Below, piece after piece: positions 1 to 10,000 of a DNA stretch of 64,000 bases. Made by a program: the position numbers and the translations under genes. How positions within the stretch are numbered: position 1 is the stretch's first letter; every line of letters begins with the position of its first letter. The notes beneath the pieces are model-generated. The model was not told the origin of the DNA. It made no database searches and worked only from the letters and a program-made list of their open reading frames with translations. Origin of the DNA: Mogibacterium sp. (GTDB lineage Bacteria > Bacillota > Clostridia > Peptostreptococcales > Anaerovoracaceae). Location: assembly GCA_017515425.1 (NCBI GenBank), contig JAFWFU010000031.1:581-64580 (forward strand), in the 5' to 3' direction.

Positions 1-134
1 ATTTGCTCACAGATTCTTCGATTAGCTGTGTGTGTTATCCAAAAACCTCATCTTCTGTACACAAGTAATAGAATTTAAGCATGGAAGATAATCTTCAGGA
101 TTAAGTTAATAAAGAGCAACGGTAATGTCTACCG

Positions 135-332
135 CTAATCATTTAGAAATTCTATTATATCGTTTGCTGTGCAGTCCAAGATGTTACACAGCTTTTCTAT
201 CGTAATTATCGTAACATTTCTGTTGTGGCGAAGTGCATCCATTGTTTTTCTGTCAACACCAGAGTTTATAAGTTGGTATTGAGACACTTGTTTCTTTTTC
301 ATTGTATTCCACAATGGTGCATAACTAATCAT
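135..332 (-). CDS. Small XRE/Cro-type helix-turn-helix transcriptional regulator (65 aa)
   Basis: The ORF translation (…QVSQYQLINSGVDRKTMDALRHNRNVTIITIEKLCNILDCTANDIIEF) has the typical HTH_3 pattern and the size of YozG-like regulators. Confidence 0.7.
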   Translation of the reverse strand: MISYAPLWNTMKKKQVSQYQLINSGVDRKTMDALRHNRNVTIITIEKLCNILDCTANDIIEFLND

Positions 333-635
333 AGGGAAATTATAAAATGCTTCAAGTTGTCAAAACATGGTGGATATTTCTACCATAAGGTAATTAAATC
401 AAATCACTTAAGGAAAGCTGTAATTAAAATCAGAGTATGAGTAGCGTGCAATTAGTCTTTGAAGAAAGAAAGCGAGGTCATAATGAAAAATGAAATTAGA
501 CACGACAATTAAAGTCAGCATATATACATCAAACAAAATGATGTAAAACATGCTCTGATGTGCTAAAATGTACGGGTATGCGGCAATGATGATGTATGCT
601 GCCGAATGATGTAATACACAACAGGAGATATAGTA

Positions 636-3600
636 ATGTTTGAAAATTTATCGGATAAACCCGTAGCGGAGTATCAGGGAGAACAGGTTAAGAAATGGAA
701 TGAGATGGATATGCTCAGCCTCTGCGTAAATGCGAGAGAGGGCGCTCCGTCTTTTGTATTCTTTGAGGGGCCGCCGACTGCTAACGGCAAGCCGGGCATT
801 CATCATATGATGGCTCGTACTCTCAAGGATTCCATTAACAGATACAAGACCATGAGGGGGTTTCAGGTCAAGCGTAAGGGCGGCTGGGACACTCACGGAC
901 TGCCGGTTGAAATTGAGGTTGAAAAGCAGCTTGGTTTTTCCGGCAAGGACAATATAGAGAAATACGGCATTAAGGAGTTTAACGAAAAATGCCGTGAATC
1001 GGTGTTTAAGTACACTCAGATGTGGACGGATATGTCCGAGAAGATGGCCTATCTGGTCGATATGGAAGACCCTTATATCACTTACGAAAACGACTATATC
1101 GAAACGGGTTGGTGGATTATAAAGACCGCCTTTGATAAGGGGCTCGTTTATGAGGGATATAAAATCCTTCCCTACTGCCCGCGCTGCGGCACGGGTCTTG
1201 CTTCGCATGAGGTGGCACAGGGTTATAAGGACATTAAGGTAAACACCCTGACTGTCAAGTTCAAAAGAACGGATACCGACTGCGATAACGAATACTTCCT
1301 CGCGTGGACTACTACGGCATGGACTCTCGCAGCTAATATTTGCCTTACGGTTGGCCCTGATTTCAATTATGTAAAATGTCTGATGAAATCGGGTGAGAGC
1401 GAGGGGGACTATCTGTGGCTGGCTGAGGATCTCGCACCTAAGGTGCTGGCAAATGACGAGTATGAAATCGTGGATCGCGTCAAGGGAAAGGATATGGAGT
1501 ATTGGACTTATGAACAGCTCATGCCTTTCTGCGAGCCGGAAGAGGGTAAGAATAAGTTTATCGTAACCTGTATGGACTATGTATCCACAGAGGACGGCAC
1601 GGGAATCGTTCAATCGGCTCCTGCCTTCGGTGAGGACGACTATAACTGTGGAAGAGCATATAATCTCGCGGTGCTCCAGCCTGTAGATGAGAGGGGCTGC
1701 TATACGGAGACTCCATGGGCGGGCAGGTTCATCATGGAGGACGGGCTTGATGTGGATATAATCAAATATCTCGCTCAGGATAATAAGATTTATGCCAAGC
1801 AAAAGCTCGAGCACGCATATCCGCACTGCTGGCGCTGCGATACGCCGCTTGTATATTATGCCAACAAGTCATGGTATATCGAGATGACTAAGCTGAGAGA
1901 TCAGCTCGTTGCCAATAATAATACGGTAAATTGGTTCCCGCCATATGTCGGTGAAAAGAGGTTTGGGAATTGGCTCGAGGAAGTAAAGGATTGGGCTATT
2001 TCGAGATCAAGATATTGGGGAACTCCGCTTCCTATTTGGCGCTGCGAATGCGGACATCTGCATTGCGTGGGCTCTCGTGAGCAGCTTATAGCTGACGCCG
2101 AACAGGATATTGATATGAGTATCGAGCTCCACAGACCTTATGTGGACGATGTGACCATAAAATGTCCTAAATGCGGCAAGAGCATGGAGAGAACGCCTGA
2201 GGTCATGGACTGCTGGTTTGACTCGGGAGCCATGCCGTTTGCTCAGTGGCATTATCCGTTTGAGAATTCGGAGAACTTCGATGAAGAGCTCTTCCCGGCG
2301 GATTTCATCAACGAGGGTATCGACCAGACAAGAGGCTGGTTCTATTCTCTCATGGCGGTATCTACAATCGTCAAGGGCTGCGCGCCTTATAGAAATGTGC
2401 TGGTAAACGATCTAATACTCGACAAGCACGGAAAGAAGATGAGCAAGCATGTCGGGAATACCGTAGATCCCTTTGAGATGATGGATAAATACGGGGCAGA
2501 CGCGGTCAGGTGGTATCTCGTATATGGATCGCCTGCATGGACGCCGACCAAGTTCGACGAGGACGGAGTAAAGGAAGTCATCAGCAAGGTATTCAGCACA
2601 CTCAGAAATACCTATAATTTCTTCTGCCTCTATGCGAATATAGACAAGGTGGAGCTGAAATATCTTGACGTTCCATATGCCGAGCGCCCTGAACTCGACA
2701 GGTGGATTATCTCCAAATACAACAGACTCATCAAGGACACTATGGAGTTCATGGACGAGTACGATCATATGAAAACGGTCAGAGCGATTGGTGACTTTAT
2801 CGACGGAGACCTCTCGAATTGGTATATAAGAAGAGCCAGAAGGAGATTCTTTGCGGAAGGCGAAGGCGATAATATGAGCCAGGATAAAAGGGCTGCCTAT
2901 GCTACGACATATGAGATTCTTGTCGGAATAGCGAAGATGATGGCTCCTATCGCGCCGTTTATATCGGATGAGATATATACCAAGCTCACGGGAGAGCAGA
3001 CCGTTCACACGGCTTACTATCCTGAGCTGAATGAAGATCTGATTGATGACAAGGTAGAGGAGAGAATGGATCTCATCAAAACCCTTGTAAACTTAGGACG
3101 AAGCACGAGAGAACAGGAGAAGCTCAAGGTCAGACAGCCGCTCTCAAAGGTAATCGTTGACGGCAAATACAAGAATATTATCGAGGATTTGACGGGTCTT
3201 ATTGAAGAAGAGCTTAATGTAAAGGAAGTTCAGTTCGAAGATGAGCTCGACAAGTATATGAACTATGAGATCAAGCCGAATTTCAAGACCGCAGGGCCTG
3301 TGCTTGGCAAGAATATCAAGGAGTTTGGAGCTAAGCTCGCTTCACTTGACGCAAAGGAAACTATTGCCAAGATAGGAGAGGGCGCTATAGAAATGGAGCT
3401 CGGCGGAGAGAAGTTTGAGATTAGTGAGGACTTCTTAGACGTTAGGATTTCTTCAAAGGAAGGCTTCGTAGTCGGCATGGATAACAATGTATTCGTAATC
3501 CTCGACACGACTCTTACACCTGCTCTTATCAATCAGGGCTATGTCAGAGAGGTCATCTCCAAGATACAGCAGCTTCGCAAACAGGCAGATTTTGAGATGA

Positions 3601-3773
3601 TGGACAAGATTAAGATATATCTTGCGGCTGATGAGGACATCTTGAATGCCGTAGAGAATGCCAAGGAATTCATCATGGACGAGACTATCGCGGTCGGCAT
3701 TGAGACAGCCTCGGGTCTTGAGGAGTTTGACATCAACGGACATAAGACCGGTATAAAAGTCGAGCGCATATAA
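636..3773 (+). CDS. ileS: Isoleucine--tRNA ligase, long (type 2-like) form, 1045 aa
   Basis: HIGH-type motif (PPTANGKPGIHH), KMSKH motif and WCISRQ-like AISRSRYWGTP. The length and C-terminal architecture resemble type 2 IleRS. Confidence 0.95.
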   Translation: MFENLSDKPVAEYQGEQVKKWNEMDMLSLCVNAREGAPSFVFFEGPPTANGKPGIHHMMARTLKDSINRYKTMRGFQVKRKGGWDTHGLPVEIEVEKQLGFSGKDNIEKYGIKEFNEKCRESVFKYTQMWTDMSEKMAYLVDMEDPYITYENDYIETGWWIIKTAFDKGLVYEGYKILPYCPRCGTGLASHEVAQGYKDIKVNTLTVKFKRTDTDCDNEYFLAWTTTAWTLAANICLTVGPDFNYVKCLMKSGESEGDYLWLAEDLAPKVLANDEYEIVDRVKGKDMEYWTYEQLMPFCEPEEGKNKFIVTCMDYVSTEDGTGIVQSAPAFGEDDYNCGRAYNLAVLQPVDERGCYTETPWAGRFIMEDGLDVDIIKYLAQDNKIYAKQKLEHAYPHCWRCDTPLVYYANKSWYIEMTKLRDQLVANNNTVNWFPPYVGEKRFGNWLEEVKDWAISRSRYWGTPLPIWRCECGHLHCVGSREQLIADAEQDIDMSIELHRPYVDDVTIKCPKCGKSMERTPEVMDCWFDSGAMPFAQWHYPFENSENFDEELFPADFINEGIDQTRGWFYSLMAVSTIVKGCAPYRNVLVNDLILDKHGKKMSKHVGNTVDPFEMMDKYGADAVRWYLVYGSPAWTPTKFDEDGVKEVISKVFSTLRNTYNFFCLYANIDKVELKYLDVPYAERPELDRWIISKYNRLIKDTMEFMDEYDHMKTVRAIGDFIDGDLSNWYIRRARRRFFAEGEGDNMSQDKRAAYATTYEILVGIAKMMAPIAPFISDEIYTKLTGEQTVHTAYYPELNEDLIDDKVEERMDLIKTLVNLGRSTREQEKLKVRQPLSKVIVDGKYKNIIEDLTGLIEEELNVKEVQFEDELDKYMNYEIKPNFKTAGPVLGKNIKEFGAKLASLDAKETIAKIGEGAIEMELGGEKFEISEDFLDVRISSKEGFVVGMDNNVFVILDTTLTPALINQGYVREVISKIQQLRKQADFEMMDKIKIYLAADEDILNAVENAKEFIMDETIAVGIETASGLEEFDINGHKTGIKVERI

Positions 3774-3781
3774 AACAGTCC

Positions 3782-3832
3782 AAAAGTCACGTCAAATCAC
3801 ATTATTATCGCAAGATGACGTGACTTTTTTGT
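3782..3832 (+). terminator. Rho-independent terminator after ileS
   Basis: A 12-bp stem AAAGTCACGTCA (3782-3793) pairs with TGACGTGACTTT (3816-3827) and runs into a T tract. Confidence 0.8.
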
Positions 3833-3849
3833 TAAAAATATTAGATAAA

Positions 3850-3945
3850 GTAAAGTTTGCTTTACGTTACAATACATTCCAAGGATGTAAAGATAACCTT
3901 TACTTTATATTACAATACATTTAAATGATGTAAAGAATACTTTAC
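3850..3945. repeat. Array of three GTAAAG-N4/5-CTTTAC palindromes interleaved with two TTACAATACATT boxes
   Basis: Palindromes lie at 3850-3865, 3887-3903 and 3930-3945. TTACAATACATT lies at 3867-3878 and 3910-3921. Spacing is about 37-43 bp. Confidence 0.75.
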
Positions 3946-4023
3946 ATAACCCTTGCAGTTTTACCATATTTTCATGTCAATTACTATTTTTGATATGACG
4001 TGAGAAAATACCATTTTTGGCAC

Positions 4024-5178
4024 ATGACAAAAGTAAACATTTTGGATTTAAGCATATCTGAACTTGAATTGTTGATGACTAATCTAGAAGAAAAAAGGTT
4101 TAGAGCAGAGCAGGTCTTTAGTTGGCTTGCGAAGGGCGTTTCTTCTTTTGATGAGATGAGCAATCTTCCTACATCTTTGATTGAAAAGCTGGAAGAAAGC
4201 TATTACATCGGGCTGCCGAAGATTGCAAGGTCGCAGAAGTCGAAGGACGGGACGGTGAAATGTCTATTTGGATTTAGGAGCGGTGAATCTTCTTCATCAA
4301 ATAATGTTGAAGGCGCCGGTACAAGAGAAAGAGAGGCTGATACTTTAGATTTAGATACTGCAACTGATACTTATACTGAAACAGAAACTATTACTAATGC
4401 TAATGCTAATGCTTCCTCTTATGTTGAGTCCGTGTTTATGAAATACAGCTATGGTAATTCCATTTGCATTTCCTCTCAGGTCGGCTGCCGCATGGGCTGC
4501 ACATTTTGCGCGTCTACCATGAACGGACTTGAGAGAAATCTCACGGGTGGAGAAATGCTCGCGGAAGTCCTCGCCATGAGAAATCATACACGAGAGGATA
4601 TAGGGCATATTGTTGTAATGGGAATGGGAGAGCCTTTTGACAACTACGATGAATTATCGAAGTTCATCAATCTTATTCACGATCCCAAGGGCTATAATCT
4701 GGGACTCAGGAATATTACGGTTTCCACCTGCGGCATTATCCCTATGATAAGGCGATTTGCCGAGGACTTTCCTCAGGTAAATCTCGCTGTATCGCTTCAT
4801 GCGCCCAATCAGGAAATGAGGGAGCAGACCATGCCTGTGGCTAAGAAGTACAGATATGACGAGTTAATGCAGGTATGCAGGGAATATACGGAAAAGACGA
4901 GCAGGCGAATCACCTTTGAATATGCCCTGATTGACGGGGTAAACGACAGCGAGGACTGCGCCAAAGAACTCGCCGATAATCTCAGGGGCATGCTCGCGCA
5001 TGTTAACCTCATACCTCTGAACGAAGTTAAGGGGCGAGAGTATAGGCAGGCTTGCGCCGATAATGTGAAGCGCTTTCGGCAAATACTTGAAAAGAGAGGT
5101 ATTGCCGTTACAATACGCCGCACGCTCGGCTCCGATATAGATGCCGCCTGCGGCCAACTTCGAAACAGAGACAAATAG
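4024..5178 (+). CDS. rlmN: 23S rRNA/tRNA (adenine-C2)-methyltransferase RlmN (radical SAM) carrying an internal low-complexity insertion
   Basis: RFRAEQVFSWL N-terminus, CRMGCTFCAS radical-SAM cluster motif and C-terminal DIDAACGQL. I prefer the ATG at 4024 (MTKVNIL) to the GTG at 4000. Confidence 0.9.
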   Translation: MTKVNILDLSISELELLMTNLEEKRFRAEQVFSWLAKGVSSFDEMSNLPTSLIEKLEESYYIGLPKIARSQKSKDGTVKCLFGFRSGESSSSNNVEGAGTREREADTLDLDTATDTYTETETITNANANASSYVESVFMKYSYGNSICISSQVGCRMGCTFCASTMNGLERNLTGGEMLAEVLAMRNHTREDIGHIVVMGMGEPFDNYDELSKFINLIHDPKGYNLGLRNITVSTCGIIPMIRRFAEDFPQVNLAVSLHAPNQEMREQTMPVAKKYRYDELMQVCREYTEKTSRRITFEYALIDGVNDSEDCAKELADNLRGMLAHVNLIPLNEVKGREYRQACADNVKRFRQILEKRGIAVTIRRTLGSDIDAACGQLRNRDK

Positions 5179-5220
5179 AAAGGATTGAGGGCAAAAGGGA
5201 GCGCATAGCCGCGGTTTTTA

Positions 5221-5229
5221 TGCTATAAT
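5221..5229 (+). promoter_or_regulatory. Possible extended -10 element (TGcTATAAT) upstream of plsX
   Basis: TGCTATAAT lies 58 nt upstream of the plsX start. I found no good -35 element. Confidence 0.3.
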
Positions 5230-5286
5230 ATTACGGCTTAATAATGCGATTAAACAAGGTCTGTTTGCAGACTCGGAGAAAATAAA

Positions 5287-6324
5287 ATGAAGATATTAGT
5301 TGACGGAATGGGCGGGGATTTCGCCCCTGTGGAAATAGTAAAGGGCGCTGTAAAGGCGGCTGCTGAAATTGATGAGACCGTGGTTATTATCGGGCCTGAG
5401 GAGACCATTAACGAGGAACTCCGTAGAAACAGATGGCATGGTGAGAATATTGAGGTGGTGGATGCCACTGAGGTAATCACTAATCACGAGACGCCTGCCA
5501 TGGCTGTGAGGAAGAAAAAAGACTCCACCATTGTAAAGGGTATGAATATGATTAAAGGCGGCGATGCGGATATATTCATATCCGGCGGCAGCACGGGAGC
5601 GCTGCTCGCAGGCGGTCTTTTGACACTCGGCAGGCTTAAGGGAATCAAAAGACCGGCCATCGCCGCCTGGTTCCCCCGCATTGGAGAGGACGGGAACACC
5701 CTCCTTCTCGACTGCGGAGCCAATGTGGAGTCCAAATCCGAATATATATTTCAGAACGGTCTCATGGGCAGCATATTCGTAGAGGGAATTACGGGAAATA
5801 GGATGCCTGTAGTCAAGCTCCTCAATGTCGGTGCCGAGGAAGGCAAGGGCGACGATCTCCACAAAGAAGCATTTGAGATGTTAAAGGCTGCAAGCGAGGC
5901 AGGGCAGATAAACTTCGAGGGGAATATCGAAGGGAGAGACATTGTATTCGGTGAGGCAGATGTGGTCGTCACTGACGGATTTTCAGGAAATGTATTTCTA
6001 AAGGGCAGCGAGGGCATGGCTTTGGCTATTATGAAGCAGTTCAAGTCCAAGCTGACCGAGGGCATGGTGGCTAAGGCGGGCGCCATGCTCGCATATAGCA
6101 AGATCAAGGAAATAAAGGAAGAATTTGACTATTCTGACGCCGGAGGTGCACCAATTCTCGGGCTCAAGGGTGCTGTGCTGAAAATTCACGGCAATTCCAA
6201 GGCGACCGAAGTATATTATGCCATACATAGGGCTGTTGACTATGTCAGAAACGACATCACCGGCATGATTGCCGCCGCTGTTGAAAAATCCGGCACATCT
6301 GATAGTGGAGATTCGGAGGAATAG
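5287..6324 (+). CDS. plsX: Phosphate acyltransferase PlsX
   Basis: MKILVDGMGGDFAP N-terminus, GNVFLK motif and ~340 aa length. GGAG ribosome-binding site upstream. Confidence 0.93.
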   Translation: MKILVDGMGGDFAPVEIVKGAVKAAAEIDETVVIIGPEETINEELRRNRWHGENIEVVDATEVITNHETPAMAVRKKKDSTIVKGMNMIKGGDADIFISGGSTGALLAGGLLTLGRLKGIKRPAIAAWFPRIGEDGNTLLLDCGANVESKSEYIFQNGLMGSIFVEGITGNRMPVVKLLNVGAEEGKGDDLHKEAFEMLKAASEAGQINFEGNIEGRDIVFGEADVVVTDGFSGNVFLKGSEGMALAIMKQFKSKLTEGMVAKAGAMLAYSKIKEIKEEFDYSDAGGAPILGLKGAVLKIHGNSKATEVYYAIHRAVDYVRNDITGMIAAAVEKSGTSDSGDSEE

Positions 6325-6330
6325 GCAGAG

Positions 6331-7023
6331 ATGAAGGACTCATCCGGTCTTGAGAAAACAATCGGATATGTATTCAGCGATAAAAATCTCCTTAGAATCG
6401 CTTTAACGCATAGCTCCTATGCTTCTGAGCAAAAGCTCGGATATTCTCATAATAATGAGAGGCTCGAATTCATAGGAGATGCATATATTGACGCCATAGT
6501 CGGAACTCGGCTGTTTGAGATTATGGGAAATGCGCATGAAGGCCCTCTGTCCAAATTCAGAGCTGACGTCGTATGCGAATCGGCTCTTGCCGATACTGCA
6601 CTTAGGATAGGTCTTGGCGAATATCTCTATTTGGGCAAAGGAGAGGACGCGAGCGGCGGACGTAGCAAACCCTCAATACTATCCGACGCCTTTGAAGCCC
6701 TGATGGGTGCGATTATGATAGACGGGGGCTTCGAGCCCTGCCGCGAAGTCGTGCTCAGGCTGCTAAATGACAAGATAGAAATGGCGGCAACAGGCAGACT
6801 CAGCAGGGATTTCAAGACCAGATTGCAGGAGAAAATTCAGGAAAAGGACTCTAAATCGGGGATCGTATATAAGATAGTTGATGAAAAGGGCCCCGATCAC
6901 AACAAGATATTTACCGTCAGGGTCTCGGTAAACGGACGGGTAATTGGAACAGGCATGGGCAGCAGCAAGGCGAGAGCGGAGCAGGCTGCTGCAAAGGATG
7001 CATTGTCGAAGGGAGTTAATTAG
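6331..7023 (+). CDS. rnc: Ribonuclease III
   Basis: NERLEFIGDA signature and a C-terminal dsRBD (GPDHNKIFTV…AEQAAAKDAL). Confidence 0.95.
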   Translation: MKDSSGLEKTIGYVFSDKNLLRIALTHSSYASEQKLGYSHNNERLEFIGDAYIDAIVGTRLFEIMGNAHEGPLSKFRADVVCESALADTALRIGLGEYLYLGKGEDASGGRSKPSILSDAFEALMGAIMIDGGFEPCREVVLRLLNDKIEMAATGRLSRDFKTRLQEKIQEKDSKSGIVYKIVDEKGPDHNKIFTVRVSVNGRVIGTGMGSSKARAEQAAAKDALSKGVN

Positions 7024-10000
7024 TTGTATTTTAAGAGAATAGAAATGCAGGGCTTCAAATCCTTTGCTGACCCTGTGAATATAGAATTAAACGACGGCGT
7101 TACCTGTATCATAGGGCCAAATGGTTCCGGTAAGAGCAATATCTCTGACGCGCTGAGGTGGGTGCTCGGTGAACAGAGCTCAAGGCAGCTCAGAGGCTCG
7201 AAGATGCAGGACGTTATTTTTGCGGGCACGGCGACGCGTAAGCCGAAGGGCATGGCTGAGGTTACGCTCGTGATTGATAATTCCGCAGGAATACTCCCTC
7301 TTGAATACAATGAGATAGCCGTAACCCGCCGCATGTACAGGTCGGGTGAAAGCGAATATCTCATCAATGGCAATCCCTGCCGTCTCCGCGATATTCGTGA
7401 GCTCTTCATGGATACGGGAATCGGTGTAGAGGGTTATTCAATCATAGGTCAGGGTAAAATCGCGGACATTGTAAGCTCCAAGCCTGAGAGCAGAAGGGAG
7501 ATCTTTGAAGAGGCTGCGGGCGTCGTCCTGTATAAAACGCGAAAGAACGAGGCGGAGAATAAGCTGAAAGCCGCTGTCATAGACCTCGACAGAGTAAGGG
7601 ATATAATTGGTGAAATCGAGGGGCGCATTGACGGTCTCAAAGAGGATTCCGAAAAGGCTGAGGAGTATCTCGAGCTAAAGAGCAGATACAAGACCCTCGG
7701 TATCAATATCATTCTATACAATTTGGATAAACTCGAGTCTGATGTGAAGGTCGAAAAGGAAGAGCTTGAGAGCCTTAGAAATGCTATTGAGGAGACTTCG
7801 GCGAGCCTCAAAGTGATGGACGAACAGATTGAAAGCACGAGGCTTGCAGATGCCGAGCTTAATGAGCAATATGCCGAGGCGAATGCGAAGCTCCTCGCGA
7901 CCATTGATGAGCTAGGCGTCATCACGAGCGGCGGGAAGATTAATCACGAAAGACTGATAAATATAGAAAAAGAGCTTGAAAGAATAGACCTTGAGCTCGC
8001 GAGCGCAGGCGAGAAGCTCTCCGCCGAAAAGGAAGAGCTCGCAAGGCTTGAAGAGAATGAGAAGGTCGTAAACAGCGAGGTAGATGAGGTAAGAGCCGCG
8101 CTCGACAAGGCTGTTATGGAATATAACGACCATAGCAGAAAGAGCACGGAGATAAGCCTCGCTACGGAGAAGCTCAAAGATGAGATTATGAATCTCAGAA
8201 ATCAGAATGTTCAGAGAAGGGCGGAGATTAACACCCTCAGCAGCTATAAGAACACTCTGTCTGAGAGAAAAGAATCTCTGACTGATGAATATGAGGGAAG
8301 AGATAGGACTGAGTCGGATAATAGGGCTCGCCTCTCGGATCTGACAGCCGCCCTTGAAGAAAAAGAGGGAATTCTTGAAAAGAGTAAGGCTCATTTAGAT
8401 AAAGTTTCCAATAATATTATATCCGCAAGCGAGAATATCCAGAGGTTTGCTGGAGAAATAGACGAGATATCTCACAAATCCTCTGTGGCTGTCTCCCGAA
8501 AGAATACTATCGCCGAAATGGAAGCGAATTATGAGGGGTATAATAATACGGTCAGGACTCTCATGCAGAGAAATCAGCAGGGTATTATTGGTACGGTCTC
8601 CGATATTATCGACGTGCCCGCAGAATATATAACGGCTGTTGAGACAGCTCTTGGCGCTGCCTTGCAGCATATAGTATGTACTGATGACGCTGCTGCTAAG
8701 TCTGCCATAAATTGGCTGAAATCCAGCAAATCAGGACGTGCGACCTTCCTTCCTATTGAGTCCGTAAGGGCTGACAGACTAGGACTAGACAGCTCAATCA
8801 AGTCCGCTAAGGGATTTGTGGGAATCGCTTCTGAAATGGTGGATACGAATAGCAAATACAGGGAGATAGTCGACTATCTTCTTTGCAGGGTGATTATCGC
8901 AGGCAATATGGACGATGCCGTGGCTATTTCGAAGAAGCATATCGGCGGCTATAGGATAGTGACGCTCGAAGGCGAAGTTATCAATGCCTTCGGTGCTATT
9001 ACGGGCGGCAGATTTGCCAATAAATCCGCAAATCTCCTCGACAGGAAAAAGGAGATTGGGACGCTTTCCGCTCAGATAGACGAGTATAGGAGACAGATAG
9101 AAGAGCTCAGCAATAAGAAGGAGCAAGAGGAAAAGAATCGCGAGACGCTCAGGTCTGAAAGGGACGAGCTAAGGCTCGATATCGGCACATTCGAAATCGA
9201 ATTCAACGTCTTAAAATCTGATATAGAACATGCGGAATCCATGGTTAGGGCTGACGAAGGCGCTGCTGAGAGATATAAGCATGAGATGGAATCAATCGCC
9301 GCCGATCTGGAGCGTGCCGATAAGATGATAGAGGACTATAACGCCAAGATAGAGACAGCCGAGAAGGAGATAAGCAGGGCTGAGACTGATGCTGAGAGGC
9401 TTATGGCTGAGGCGGAGGAGATTTCACCTCTTATCGAAGAGGATAATGAGAGGATAGTCGCGCTCAAGATAAAGATAGGTGAGAACGAGGCGAGGGTGCT
9501 CAGCGGCAATGAGATGATTGAACGCGTAAAGGATAGCATTGCCGACATCGAGACTTCCATTGAGGAGAACAGCGTTGAAAAGTACGACCTCAGCCGTCAG
9601 AAGGAGCTCCTCACCAATACGGGCGCGGAGTCGGGCGACAAGGAAAAGAGCCTGAGGGAAGCCAAGGAGGAATTGGAGAAATCCATAGAGGAGCTTTCCG
9701 CTTCAATAGAGGCGAATAAGGATAAAAATGAGAAGCTCCTGACAAATCAGAGAGAATCGAGAAACAGGCTCGAAGAGATAAAGGACGAGAGCTATAAGCT
9801 CGATATTAAGATAGCCCGCTCTGAAACGCTTTCAGAGACTCAGAAGGAGAAGCTCTGGGACGAATTCGAGGTATCCTATGCCGAGGCTAAAGATATGAGG
9901 TCTGAGGATTTTGCCATTACCGCAGGGAATAGAGAGTCAAGAGAGATAAGGCTCAGGCTGGCGGAGCTCGGCGAGGTAAATGTCGGCTCTATCGAGGAGT

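Noticed and set aside
380-410. GGTGGATATTTCTACCA near the XRE gene start, considered as a possible T-box core for ileS
   Set aside because: It does not match the T-box consensus (GGGUGGUACCGCG). It lies about 230 nt from ileS, directly at the XRE gene's 5' end, and I could find no specifier or antiterminator context. It is more likely a small hairpin or operator of the XRE promoter.
648-1826. 392-aa minus-strand ORF antisense to ileS
   Set aside because: It lies entirely inside a confidently identified ileS. The translation is Leu/Arg/Ser/Ile-rich with no recognisable motif. Long antisense ORFs like this are an expected by-product of codon bias.
6324-6331. Absence of acpP/fab genes between plsX and rnc
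   Set aside because: plsX and rnc are separated by only 6 nt, so no gene is hidden there. Gene-order variation of this kind is common and acpP is presumably elsewhere. I do not see it as a sign of anything unusual.
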